The notes under the pieces: generated by a model
Database searches by the model: none
What the model was told of the DNA's origin: nothing
Seen by the model: only the letters and a program-made list of their open reading frames with translations
Assembly (NCBI RefSeq): GCF_006345805.1
Contig: NC_043018.1
Span: 14,818,001 to 14,882,000, forward strand
Direction: 5' to 3'
Length of the DNA: 64,000 bases
From: Octopus sinensis
Lineage: Eukaryota
Shown: one piece after another, positions 1 through 13,591 of the stretch
How the letters are laid out: the number at the start of each line of letters is the position of its first letter
How positions within the stretch are numbered: position 1 is the stretch's first letter
Made by a program: the position numbers and the translations under genes

Positions 1-60
1 TCATCATTATACACATCCATTACATTCTGTTAAAATGTTTTATTGAGGGTTTCTTTCTTT

Positions 61-148
61 CTTTCTCTGATGAGAAGATTACCTTGTTTTACACCATTTT
101 ATTCCTTTGGAATAATACCAATGTTGTCTTCGAAACATGTGTCGGAAG
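61..148 (+). ncRNA. Type I hammerhead ribozyme candidate, canonical core
   Basis: TTTCT-CTGATGA-GAAGA...TCTTC-GAAA-CATGTG-TC-GGAAG; predicted GUC cleavage after 143. Confidence 0.7.
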
Positions 149-734
149 TAAAAGAATTTGAATAACACCTGCGTTTAACTCCATTTATATATATATATAG
201 CTATACGTGGTCTGGTACATAGCTATAAGGGCTACAAATATTGGGATTAGAAATGTAACTGACCAAATCAACCCAGCACTTAACTGCTACTTTATTTGGC
301 AGGCGCAGAAAGGATGAATAGCAGTAGTTGATGTAAATAGATGTAAATAATACAAGGAAATGCTTGAGCCGATTGTTTGTCAAATTTGCTTTAGATAACA
401 ATTGCATACATGAGAGATGTCAGTCCCCAAACAACTTTCCATACGAGACAGACTCATCAAGTGGCAACTATTGTACACACACACACACACTCACGCACAC
501 TCATTGTTTTGTTATCGACACTTAGTAACCCTAGACACACACAGATACAATTTTTGAAGTCATAGAGATAGTATTATGTCTCTTTTCCGTTTTGGTGGAA
601 TCAACAACAAAAAAAGTACTTCATACTGTGAGAGACAAATATCACTTACACCACATGCACGTTCATCAGTATATACATACATACATATATACATATATAC
701 ATATATACATATATATATATTATATATATATATA

Positions 735-869
735 CTTTATTTAAAAGCAGCAGAAAATTCAACGAAACCTGTTACTCTGAGTTTCATCTAGCAAAAACTG
801 TTCGACGAACGGGAACGTGGAACTCAGAGTAACAGGTTTTGTTGAATTTTCTGCTGCTTTTAAATAAAG
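735..869. repeat. Palindromic element (about 50-bp arms) containing a degenerate hammerhead at 798-835
   Basis: ctttatttaaaagcagcagaaaattcaacgaaacctgttactctgagtt is mirrored at 821-869. Confidence 0.75.
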
Positions 870-967
870 CATATTACACTACCACTGGTATTTGAGTACT
901 CTTTTTTCCACATTGTTTCATATTTATGTGTTTACTCCGGTATATGTATATATGTATATATATATAT

Positions 968-1035
<68 letters not shown>

Positions 1036-1445
1036 ATGTATGTATGTATGTATGTAAGTATATTTATGTGTGTGTGTATGTTTGCCACCACACTCATCAC
1101 TTGACAACCGATGCTGGTATGATTACGTCCCCGAAATTTAGCGGTTCAACAAAAGAGACGGATAAAGTAAGTGCTAGGCTTACTGGTAATAAACCCTGGG
1201 GTCGATTACATCGACCCCAGTGCTTAACTGGTACTTATTTAATCGAGCCCGAAAGGATAAAAGGCAAAGTCGACCTCGGCGGAATTTGAACTCAAAACGT
1301 AACGGCAGACGAAATACCGCCAAGTATTTCGCCCTGCATGCTAACGTTTCTGCCAGCTCGCCGCCCTAAAAAAGAGAATATTCGATGAGGAAAAATTGCG
1401 ATGATGAACAGCTAAAAAGAACATTGAAGGAACACAGCAGCAGCT

Positions 1446-1477
<32 letters not shown>

Positions 1478-2023
1478 CACAACTAGCAACAGTCGATAGT
1501 AAAACTAGTTGTTGTTGGTGTTGTATTTTCTTTTCTTTTTCTCTTTTTTTGTTTGTTTGTTATTGGGGATATTCTTTTTTGGAATTTCAGAAAAGCCAAA
1601 TACCCATTTCTTTATTACCCACAAGGGGCTAAACACAGAGGGAACAAACAAGGACAGACATAGGTATTAAGTCGATTACATCGACCGCAGTGCGTAACTG
1701 GTACTTAGTTTATCGACCCCGAAAGGATGAAAGGCAAAGTCGACCTCGGCAGAATTCGAACTCACAACGTAACGCAGACGAAATACCGCTAAGCATTTCG
1801 CCCGCTGAGCTAACGTTTCTGCCAGCTCGCGCCAAATTCCGTTCCTTCTGTAGAGCAGCGAAAAAGTTTTGTCAGATGTTGCAACTATTTGTCAGAAAGA
1901 TACCCAAAGTTTGTAAGCATGCGTGTGTGTGTGTGTCTGTACGTGTGTCTGTATGAGTATATGTGCCTGCATGTGTGTGTGTGTGTATGTGCGCGCGCGC
2001 GTGTGTGTGTGTGTGTGTGTATG

Positions 2024-2058
<35 letters not shown>

Positions 2059-2157
2059 CAGGTGGTGTCAACGAAATGTTCATTCCAGCATCGGTCTTTT
2101 TCTGCGACCGAAATGCCTTAAAACTGAGACGCAAGCACATCAATCATGACGAGAGGT

Positions 2158-2189
<32 letters not shown>

Positions 2190-2628
2190 GCACATCTATG
2201 TATGTTATGCATGTATGTATACGGTGGCGGGGTGGAGGTACTCAACGGAATCTTTCTTTCTCTTGGCTCGAAGCCATGGGTGACGAAATTTTCACAATTG
2301 TTATGTTGCTATGGTAGCACAAAGTATAATCTCCTGACGAGCATAACCAGAGATCAGGTTTCGATCCCTAGGTTGACACACCATAGAAGGATTATTGGAA
2401 AGCATATTACCCAATCAAATAATAAGTTTAATTATTTCACGCACCTGATTTTTTGATATTTTCTGATTATTGATGCAGTTCGATGTGTTTTTCTTGATGT
2501 TGGCCTCGGGTTTTTTGACAAGCGAGTTTGTGAACCCTATAAAATTGATTCCTTACCTTAGGGCTACAGAAACTCTATTATGATGCAATAGGGCTACAGA
2601 AACACTATTATGATGAATCCTTAGCCAA

Positions 2629-3008
2629 GGACAAACAAGGACAGACAAACGGATTAAGTCGATTATATCGACCCCAGTGCGTAACTGGTATTTATTTAAT
2701 CGACCCCGAAAGGATGAAAGGCAAAGTCGACCTCGGCGGAATTCGAACTCAGAACGTAACGGCAGACGAAATACCTATTTCTTTATTACCCACAAGGGGC
2801 TAAACACAGAGAGGATAAGCAAGGACAGACATAGGTATTAAATCGATTACATCGACCCCAGTGCGTAACTAGTACTTAATTTATCGACCCCGAAAGGATG
2901 AAAGGCAAAGTGGACCTCGGCGGAATTTGAACTCACAACGTAACGATAGACGAAATACCGCTAAGCATTTCGCCCGGCGTGCTAACGATTCTGCCAGCTC
3001 GCTGCCTT
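2629..3008 (-). mobile_element. SINE family A head-to-tail dimer
   Basis: gcgagctggcagaatcgttagc...gagttcaaattccgccgaggtc...aagaaata. Other copies near 1190-1366, 1606-1830, 8273-8505(+), 8506-8643, 13591-13790(+), 25759-25960, 39830-40250, 56366-56592, 58030-58200(+). Confidence 0.85.
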
Positions 3009-4689
3009 ATAAAGGTGTTATTACCATAGTGGTGCAATGGTTCAGTCATTCACCGCAAGGTTTGGTATTTTTAACGGCAAGAAAGGTAACATCGATAATA
3101 TGCCTTTGGTGTTGCTATTCCAGGAGCACAATTAAAGTTAAGCGGCGATGCAGTTTGTTGTATTAATGAAATAATTAAATCATATCGTTTCGTTTGTTAG
3201 TCATTAAGTTAAAAGAGTGCAGCTGCTAACACAATTTGTATTGGAGAGAGAAAGAGAGAGAGAGAGGAAGGGGTGAAGTTTGAGTGGGAGAGAGAGAGGT
3301 GGGGGAAGAGGTGTAGTTTGAGAGGGAAAGAGAGAGAGAGAGAGAGAGAGAGAAAATACAAGAATAAAGACATCAAATAACGTTTTTATATGTGTGGGTG
3401 AGATTATATCGCTTAGAGTGAATGGCTCTTTTCAGGGCATCGGAGACCGCTAGAAAAAAGGGAGTGGTGAATGAAATATCAAACTAGAGATCTGACCCAC
3501 ACCAAGTGGTTGCAAGGAATGAACTCTGCCAAAGACAGCCAAGAATCAGATTGTGGTGTTAAAATCGGATGACAGGTTCTGCCATCCAAGTTGGCCATGG
3601 TGAAATTTGAACTCAGAATACAATGTGCAAGAAGAAATACCACTAGGCATCATGTCTGATGTTCCACTGCCTCAGACGGATACTTTATTTATCGACCCCC
3701 AAAAGGAAGAAAGTCAAAGTTAGTCTCGACAGGATTTGAACTCGGAATGCAAGAAACCGGAATAAAAGGCGTAAGTCATTTTGTCCCACTTCCCATCAAC
3801 TCTGCCAATGTTCCACTTTGTTGTGGTGTTCATGCATGTCTAAAATATTTAAACGAAGTGGAATGATTTAACCAAGTATCTAATCTTTAATGAGAACAAT
3901 TGCTAATTTGTTCTCGCAAATTCTTTTTTAACACCATTCAAGTGTAGAACAATAAAATCCACCTGTACTCCCTGTTCAGTTGTTGAACTATTAGAGAACC
4001 CTTAAATTTCAAGAAAAGAATACATTGGAACTAAACCTATTACTCTTTTATCCGTTATTTATATTAGAGTTCGGATAATTAATGCCAGAAACAGCCTTCC
4101 TCTTTTACTCCAATAATATTTCTACAGTAAATATTCACAGCTAAGAGCAGTGTTCTATGGGATATGTCTTAGAAACGGACACCATAGTCTATTCTGGGTG
4201 TAAACCTCTGATTTCTGATCTGTCAAAACCCTTTCAACCCCTACCTCACGACTGTTAAATATTTCCCGGCCCAAAAAGAAAAGAAAAATCACTATATAAC
4301 ATGGTTGTAAGTTGTTCTTCAGATAAAGAAGATGAAAACAAAACCTAATTAATATTAATTAGTTAGTAGATTTGTTAATTAATTAATTAAATCCTAGAAT
4401 TCCACAGGCATTTACGTATTTACATCAGAAATGCTTTGTGGGGTAAATGCGGGCAGTTGATAAGAACATTATATTTAAGGCAAAAGCTTGCACACGCACT
4501 CGCGCGCGCGCACACACACACATAAACACACACACATAAACACACACATGTTTAAAGGTTACTATAGATGCGCCATTTTTTTTAAACTCTTAAGCCTAAC
4601 AAACCTTTGGGATTGCTGTTATTTCTATCCTCCACATTCCTGTAGTTTACTGAATTCCTCCAAAGACTCACTGCTGGGACAATTAAGCT

Positions 4690-5149
4690 TACGAAGAGAT
4701 GGTTAGTTCGGTTTCTTGTCTGAATGTTTAGTATATTACCGAAATGAACCAGAGAGATTCTATGTTGTTGCTGTTGCTGTTGAGCGAACGGTCTTCGTCC
4801 CAGAGCTCGCAAGATGGGAGAAGTCCAAAACGTGGTCCTTTGCTATTCGTAAGACCCGCAGAAGAGAAAGCAGGTCAACCCCCGACACCGAGGGCATTGA
4901 CGGATGGATGAATGTGCATCCAGGCTCAGCGGTTGCGTAGGAAGTCGGGAACAAGAAACAGGAAGAAAGAGTGAGAGAAAGTTGGAGCGAAAGAGTACAA
5001 CAGGGGTCGCCACCACCCCCTGCCGGAACCTCGTGGAGCTTTAGGTGTTTTAGCTCAATAAACACACACAACGCCTGGTCTGAGAATCGAAACCGCGATC
5101 CTCCGACTGCGAGTCTGCTGCCCTAATCATTGGGCCATTGCACCTCCAC
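4690..5149 (-). mobile_element. tRNA-Arg-like SINE (family C)
   Basis: Head gtggaggtgcaatggcccaatgattagggcagcagactcgcagtcggagg; related copies at 30150-30424 (-), 42797-42960 (+) and 63811-64000 (+). Confidence 0.8.
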
Positions 5150-5329
5150 TGCTGTTGCTGTTGTCCTCTGGCAGTTGACACCATTGCAAAGGAACACGAG
5201 ACAATCCCAGAACAAAGATAAACTTGGACAGGTGAGTGACCTTGTAGCTTGGCACCTGGAGAGCTAAGTCTAAGCCGTCGAATAGCATCGTGGCTACCTG
5301 GTTCGATCTCCACAGCTAATGGACAGCAA

Positions 5330-5950
5330 CTAGGATGAATTTACGAAAGGATGGTCATTCATATCTAGAAATGACCTGGAAGAAAGCTATCCATGAAGAG
5401 GCGAGTTGAAGAGGCAAACGCCAACCTCATTTCCATTATTCACTGCCGTGTCTTATCACTGGTTTTGTGCGACCAGACTGGAGCGTCTGTTTTTCCACTT
5501 CCTGTGGAAAGGACGAGTTCCATTGGTCAACCGGTCTATCTGTTATCGGCGCCTTCTGGAAAGCGCGCTCGACATGCCCTACCTGTTCATACACAAACAC
5601 GAGCTAAAACAGTGCAACTTACAGAGTTACCTGGACGATGAATAGGTGTGCTCTCCTTTTGTAAGGCACACTTTCCACAGATCATCTTGGCAGGGTTGCA
5701 TTCTTGGGTCAAGAAATGGCTAAGAACGTGTGCCTAGTATCTGGGGAATGGATAGGCACTCAACGACCTCTGTCGGTCAAGCAATTGGATTGGTAGATGT
5801 TCCACTTGAGAAATATGGAGAGCATTTGTGGTGGTTGAGGAGCAATGACATTCTCGAGGTTGTCTCTTAGTCTGTAGGTCGAAGAAGAACAGTTGAAGGA
5901 GTCATTTGAGTGAGGTTCCTCGACTGACTCTAGCTAGAACAGTTCTATAT
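5330..5950 (+). mobile_element. Degenerate L1/Tx1-like LINE ORF2 C-terminal fragment
   Basis: RLERLFFHFLWKGRVPLVNRSICY...LDMP resembles the post-RT region of L1/Tx1 ORF2; stops and frameshifts. Confidence 0.6.
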
Positions 5951-5968
5951 TTAAGAGGTGAGAAATTG

Positions 5969-6138
5969 TGTACATTATTTACATTATTTACATTTGACGG
6001 ATATTTGTCCTCATCTTGTTTGTTGTTTGTTTCGGCTGATATACCCTCCAGCCTTCATCAGGTGTCTTAGGGAAATATCGAATCTGGGTTCTCATTCCTA
6101 AGGTATTTTTCGATGCTATGATAATAATAATAATAATA

Positions 6139-6207
<69 letters not shown>

Positions 6208-6211
6208 GTTG

Positions 6212-6255
<44 letters not shown>

Positions 6256-6369
6256 ATTATTATTATTATTATTATTATCATTGTTAGTGTTCAGGTCACT
6301 GCCTGGAATCGAACTCGGAATCTTGGGGTTAGTAGCCCGCGCTCTTAACCACTATGCCATATGCCCGTG
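5969..6369 (-). mobile_element. tRNA-headed SINE-like element: head + (AAT)n + tail with hammerhead core
   Basis: Head ggcatatggcatagtggttaagagc...gagttcgattcc; tail CTGATGAaggctg..cagccGAAAC; second copy at 45688-46240 (+). Confidence 0.7.
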
Positions 6370-6599
6370 TTAACAACAAACAAGATAAGGACAAATATCC
6401 GTCAAATGTAAATAATGTAAATAATGCCTAGATAGAGGTTTACATATACCAAGAGGACTACATCACCACGAAGTTACATTTACCTTTCATCCCTTCGGGG
6501 TCGATAAAATAAAGTGCCATACTAGTGCTAAGTTTAATAGAATCGACAAAATCCCCTTCCCCTCAAAATTGCTGGCCTTGTGCCAAAATTAGAAACCTC

Positions 6600-6896
6600 A
6601 ATCACTACTACTACTACTACTACCTCAACAATCATCACTAGTATTACCACCACTGCTAGCACCACTCCCACCACCAACACTATTATTACTACTACTACTA
6701 TTACTACTACCACTACCACTACTACTATCACCATTACTATTACTACCATCGTCACCCACACCCCACCTCCCCACCACCACCACCAACACCAACACCACTA
6801 CTACTGCTACTACTACTACTACTAATGCTGCTGCTACTACTACTACTACTACTACTAATGCTGCTGCTGCTACTATTACTACTACTATTAATGCTG

Positions 6897-6935
<39 letters not shown>

Positions 6936-6989
6936 ATGCTGCTACTACTACTACTACTACTACTACTACTAATGCTGTTGCTGCTGCTG

Positions 6990-7020
<31 letters not shown>

Positions 7021-7045
7021 GACTACTACTACTACTACTACTACA
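6600..7045. repeat. (ACT)n/(ACC)n/(GCT)n compound microsatellite
   Basis: Direct reading. Confidence 0.95.
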
Positions 7046-8664
7046 AGAATGAGAGAAATAGTAAATTGCGTTGCCTCATTTCGTCAAGTTCCTTTCCATC
7101 CCTTTATGTCAGTTGTTCGGACCCCCACCCCCCAGTTCGTCATGCCACAGTTTGAAGTCCTTAATTTTGTTTTAAATACTCTCTGAAATATAGTGTTGTA
7201 TATTTAATTAAATCATTAATTAATTTGAAATCATTATTGCAATTGGCAAAGGAAAGAGCGATGCTATTCAGTTACCCTTTTTTTTTACGTTTTGGTCCCT
7301 TTTGAGTGAAACCCTAAAACTATATGGTTTTGTATTAATGAAGGATATTAGAAATTGTTGTTGCTGTTGTTGTTGCTGCTGCTTGGCCCTAAATCAGCTT
7401 TGATCAAGTCAAAATACCAAAGCACGTTATGGCGACTCTTTTTCCATCTTCTAATATATTTCAAATACTGTGTTTCTCTGCTCGTATTTTCCAAATTGTG
7501 TTTCTTTTAAGTCAGCCTGGGCGTGATTTTCCGGATATTTAACTGCTATGTCTAGGAGATGGAGTGACCATATATGACCATCGGTGTTCATTATATATAT
7601 ATAATGTGTCCTGTTTTATCCATCAGCTAAAACTTCCATTCTATAAATTTTACCAACTTCTCTCGAGTTACCACACTTGTTAACATGTCACACAAAACAG
7701 CATAATTATTTCATTATTAAATTGGCTTAAAATTAATTATAAAACTCTCGTGTTGGGTTTTTAATTACTTTTATGGTTTTGCCAACAATGAAGAAATTCT
7801 CCCATTATTGTTATATACATACAAATATATACACATACATACATACACACATACACACACACACACATACATACATACATACATACACACATACATATAT
7901 ATATATACATATATATATACATACATACACAAATATATATTTAATACATATACTCTGTATATGTAAATATATGTAAATGGTCTATTTATGTATGTGTCTG
8001 CGTGGGTGCGTGCATGTATGTATATTTATATATAGGTATTGTATATATATATGCAGATATATATTATATATATATAAACAGTCTCTCTCTCTTTCTCCCC
8101 CCTCTCTCTCTATATATATATGCATGTGCCTAGTGTACCCTTATCAGACGGGTAATCATGATGGGTATACTGGGCTTCGTATATTTTACCCCAGTGTCAC
8201 TCAATAATAAATATTTTTACTATAGGCCTGAAATTTGCGGGGTGGGGGCCAGTCGATTATCTCGAGCACAAGGGCGGCGATCTGGCAGAATCGTTAGCAC
8301 GCCGGGCGAAATGCGTAACCGTATTTCATCTGCCGTTACATTCTGAGTTCAAATTCCGCCGAGGTTGACTTTGCCTTTCATCCTTTCGGGGTCGATAAAT
8401 TAAGTACCAGTTACGCACTGGGGGTCGATGTAATCGACTTAATCCGTTTGTCTGTCCTTGTTTGTCCCCTCTATGTTTAACCCCTTTTGGGTAGTAAAGA
8501 AATAAGGGTACTTAATCTATCGACTCCGAAAGGATGAAAAGCAAAGTCGACCTCGGCGAAATTGGAACTCAGAACACGAAGACAGACGGAATGCCGCAAA
8601 GTATTTTGCTCGGCGTGCTAATGATTCTGCCAGCTCGCCGCCTTGATGATGATGATGATGATGA

Positions 8665-8717
<53 letters not shown>

Positions 8718-9049
8718 GTAATAATAATAATAATAATAATAATAATTTCTTTTATTTGCCACCAGGGCGAAGGATGAAGGGTACAATACAAAGACAGACA
8801 TAAAGTGGGGGATGGGCTTACATATAATTCAGCGGTGGTGCCCCAGCATGGCCGCGGCCTTCGGGCTAAAACATTTTTAAGGATTTAAGGAATGGAATGA
8901 TAAGATCGTTATGTATTAGAAGAAGGGAAGTATACATGGTATACGACACTAGAAGAAGAGGGAGAAAAAAGTGATAGTGATGGGGCCTCCCTGATACAGG
9001 AGCACCTCTAGGGATAATCAAGGAACCCCGCCATTCAATGTCACCCTAA

Positions 9050-9900
9050 ATACCGTGGTAGGCCACCCAGGTAATAAGTTAAGTCCGCTACCGTCGTCGA
9101 CTCACCACCCTCCCCAAACAACCGCGCAAAATGGTTGCTGAAAAGCCGCACACCTCTTGGCAAGGCGTTGGTCGCGATGGCCGGGGATTAAGAAGTTTTC
9201 ATTCCTCAAAGTGGTCGCGGAATGACACCTGGTTTCTTCTTCCGTCCCAAATCTCAATAGTTCCAAACTTCTTTTCTCGGGTGATGTGGGTCTTTTGTTC
9301 CCACACGTTCCCAAGGCATTTTTGTATTTCGCTCTCAGGAACATTTTCCACCCGATATGACTTAACTACAATGCGGCGCTATGCGATCGTACATCTTATG
9401 ATATTCTCTATCACGTCGAATGGAGGGTTTAGAGCTACCCTTCTCCCATTCCTTTTTACAATTTTCCTTGCCATTTTTAAAATCTTCCTTCATCTATGCA
9501 GAAATTTTCCATATTTCTCGCCGCAAACACAAAAGAAGCGGAGGCGAAATTCGCGTTTTTCTGTTTCATTTCTTTCGTATTATTGTTGCTGTTTTGACGT
9601 TGCTTAGAGACGAAACATTATTCGCCTCGGTAACAGTCATTAAGTTTAAGCATTCGATATCCTTGTTCTCATATTTTTCCGACGCGGAATGCATTCCTTT
9701 ATCGAACTGAATAATGACAACAGAAAATTTTTTTTTTTTTTCGAAAGTTGTTGAGATTAAAAAAATATTGATGAGTACCTTCTGCAAAACAAGGAGGGTT
9801 TCTACACAAAAGTACCATCTGCTCAGCACAGACAATCTCAGAAATGCAATGATAACAATAAAATGAAAACACGGGGCCTTAGAAGGCCGAAAAGATTACA
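9050..9900 (-). mobile_element. Degenerate LINE ORF1-like remnant
   Basis: Frame-shifted VPESEIQKCLGNVWEQKTHITREKKFGTIEI / EETRCHSATTLRNENFLIP, similar to the copy at 13200-13450. Confidence 0.5.
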
Positions 9901-9956
9901 AACAAGATTTCGACTTACGGAGCCTCAAATTTCCGTACCTTTACAGTATAGCGGCC

Positions 9957-9992
<36 letters not shown>

Positions 9993-10012
9993 GTAATAAC
10001 AGTAGTAGTAAC

Positions 10013-10046
<34 letters not shown>

Positions 10047-10146
10047 ATAATAATAATAAATTTTAAAAAATTCATTTCTATATTGGTTTCCAAAATTTTA
10101 CTCAAATTTCTAGAAGACCTGTCTGAGATAGTATCCAATGGTACGT

Positions 10147-10218
<72 letters not shown>

Positions 10219-11272
10219 GTGTTATGGAAGAACTAAAAAGATATGGAAGTTTTGGACACTTTGTCCTTCGCCATGATACAGTGACGGAGATGGCAAGAAT
10301 CGTGAGTTGCAGATAAAATGCGAAAATGCTTGAAGAACTATCATTGTGATTAGCCGCGGAACGGAATTGCGCGAGGGAAGTCTCTGTGGGGGTGGGTTGG
10401 AGAATGGTGGGTAACGTCGGTCATGCGGTGAATATAGAATTGGGTAGGTGAGCGGTTGGTATTTCGGGGCGTGTAAAAGTGGGAAGTATATGAGAGAAAG
10501 AGAGAGAGAGAGAGAGAGGGACGGCAGTGGTGGAGTTCGTTGTAGCGACTCGGCCGATATTGGCAGAATAGTGTCATGGCGTGTATGTTGGAGCGGGTAT
10601 TTACTGCTATGAACCACAGACATACTGTTGATTGTATCAACAACACAGAAGACCTTCTGAGAAACCATTTTGAATTTTGACATTTTGATGAAAATCTTTC
10701 CCCCCTCCAAATTCGCTCGACCCCTACGATATTAATATCCCCTTCTCCAGCTTCATAATTCCCACAACCCCCATCGCCGCCTCCAGTTTTCCCCCCATCT
10801 GTTCAACATAATTTTTCCACACAGAAAACCTACGAAAACTAAAAACAAAAACAAAAGCAAAAACAAAACAAAAAAAATGAAAAACAAAATCCAGTCAACT
10901 ACAAAAAGCAAACAAATATAAAAAAAAAAATGGTAAATATATGACAAGTTTCAAAGTCAGCTCTGGGGCGAGATTTGTGTCGTGTTCTAATAAATTTAAT
11001 TACCAATTGATAAGATCGGAGAAGCTAGTTTCTTATTAATTTCTCCCTCCTATCAGCTTCACCGAATCTTTAACATTCAAAGTCAACGAATGGGATTCAT
11101 TGGCCCTCAAGACCTACAAGTAATGCGCCGCAGCCCAAACCACCTATTCTCTTAGGTAATAAAAACTTGCTAAAAACACACACTATGCCACCAAAAAAGA
11201 TGTGTGTTTGTATATATACGTGTGTGTGTGGTAGGTGTATACATACATACATACACACACACATATGTGTAT

Positions 11273-11306
<34 letters not shown>

Positions 11307-11347
11307 ATATATATATATATATATCGCACCGAAATATATATATATTA

Positions 11348-11380
<33 letters not shown>

Positions 11381-11569
11381 GTATGTGCGTGTGTGAGCGT
11401 GTGTGTGTGTACATATATACATACATATGAGTGCGCGCATGTATGGAGAGAGAGTGGGGGCGACCTAATTTCAAACCCAAAATACTAATGAAATAAAAGT
11501 ATCAAAACATGGTCTGTTTCATTTAGCCACAAGTCTAATGTATACAAGCATATATACATACACAAGCGT

Positions 11570-11620
<51 letters not shown>

Positions 11621-12569
11621 GCTATTTGTAAACCCAGTTGTGTATATATGCAAGTATGTATGCATCAGTACGTGTATGTGTATCTATATATACATGCATA
11701 TATACTTACCTATCTGTACGATCACACACGCAACCATCCATCTGTATATACACCCACAAATACATTCATATACGTGTGTGTATATCTATATATCTATATA
11801 TATATATACTCACACATGCACACACATACACACACGCACACATGCGCGCGCGCACTTACATGCATGACTACAAAGTTAATTTTGTCTAAATTCCAAAGAA
11901 CCTTGTTTTCTGGTTACAAACCAACAATTTCTCAATTGGTGAGAAATTTGTTTAATAAATTCAGGAAAAAACAAAAACAAAAATAAAATGCTCATTATTG
12001 TCAATATACTACAACCAATAATAATAATGATAATAATCTTTTCTACTAAAGGCACAAGGCCTGAAATTTTGGGGGAAGGGGACCAGTCGACCCCGGCTGA
12101 ATTTGAACTCAGAACGTAAAGACGGACGAAATGCCGCGAAGCATTATTTGACTCTGCTCGTGGATTCCAAAGAGGAAGGATGTGCGTTCCTGAGCTGTAA
12201 GTTTTTGTTCAATTTTTATAAATAATATGGTTGTATCTGAAAAATGTTTACGATATTTCTGTGGCCAGGCCGACTGGGCTCTTGCTGAGCTGAGCAATTA
12301 GGCGGGACTTTACCCCTTTTGGGGCGAATTTTCAATTTAAATTCTCCATTTTTTTTCATTTTCGATTTTACTTTCTTTTTGACTTCCTTTCTCCTATGCT
12401 GTCGGAAAACAACCAAAAAGGTTTCTTTAATTAATTGTCTCCGCCCTCTCCACGTCTTAAAAGACAGAGAGAGAGAGAGAGGGGGGGACGACCAAAGTCT
12501 TGCAACGCTGAGCAACAGAAGGAAAAATAAGAAAAAGAAGAGCGAGGAAGAAGTGGAAAAGAGCAAGGA

Positions 12570-13450
12570 ATTCCAGATGATGGACGCTGCTAGCATCGCG
12601 ACCCTTGTGAATCCAAATCCTCACACTACTACCACTAACACTAATACATCGAACACTCAACAATAACACAACCCAATGCATTAAAAAGCCGAGGTTTTTG
12701 CTTCAATGGCAAAACCTGGAAATGAAATCATTGATGTTTCTGAAGAATCTCTCAAAGACGACAGAATCATGTTAAAAAGGAAAAAAGCGAAAGATGGGTT
12801 TCGATAACTCCCCCCACCCCAAGGTATACAAACAATTGTACCATAGACAAGACAAACAAACATACCTGAGACCCCCTTCGGTCACGACACAGACCATGGG
12901 ATTGCACCTAGAAAGTTACCCTCTCAGGCACAAGTCCGGGCAAGGTTGTTTATGGAAGACCAGCAGTCGCCCATGCATACCGGCCTCCCCACTCCATGCC
13001 ACCAGTGTTATCCAAGGGAAAGGCAAAGGGGCCGATACAGCTTGGTACCTGTGACGTCGCAACTCATTTCTACAGCTGAGTGAACTGGAGCAACGTGAAA
13101 TAAAGTGCCTTGCTCAAGAACACAACACGCAGCCCGGTCCGGGATTCGAGCTGACAACCTCACGATCTTAAGCTCGATGCTCTAACCACTGTGCTATGTG
13201 CCTTCACAAACAAACGTACCATAGAGTGCAAAACTATGTCTTTAAAAAAAATAGACGTTTAGAAACAGCCACAAAGCAAGCAGCTGAAAAATACTTGCAA
13301 CCCATTTGGAAAGAGGTAACATATTTGTCGAGAGGTAAAAATGGGACAATTGAAACCGGATTTGCTACAGAAGACGTAGCAAAGCAGCAATCAACAGCCC
13401 AGCTGAGAAACGGTAACCTTGTCCTAGTTCCAAAATGCTTAAGGACCAGT
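12570..13450 (+). mobile_element. Degenerate LINE ORF1-like remnant interrupted by a SINE
   Basis: ATKQAAEKYLQPIWKEVTYLSRGKNGTIETGFATEDVAKQQSTAQL; frame continues across the SINE insertion. Confidence 0.5.
12867..13205 (-). mobile_element. tRNA-derived SINE (family D) with 15-bp TSD
   Basis: Box A/B-like head; ttgctccagttcactcagctgtagaaatgag body; TSD acaaacaaac(a/g)tacc. Confidence 0.85.
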
Positions 13451-13523
13451 GAAATACTGGGATCGATGTGACTGACTAGTCCCCCCTCCCCTAAACTTCA
13501 GGCTTGTGCCTTTAATAGAAAGG

Positions 13524-13591
<68 letters not shown>

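Noticed and set aside
5988-7052. Poly-I, poly-T and poly-L ORFs (and similar YI/CV/HT/SL/MYVC ORFs throughout)
   Set aside because: Translations of microsatellites.
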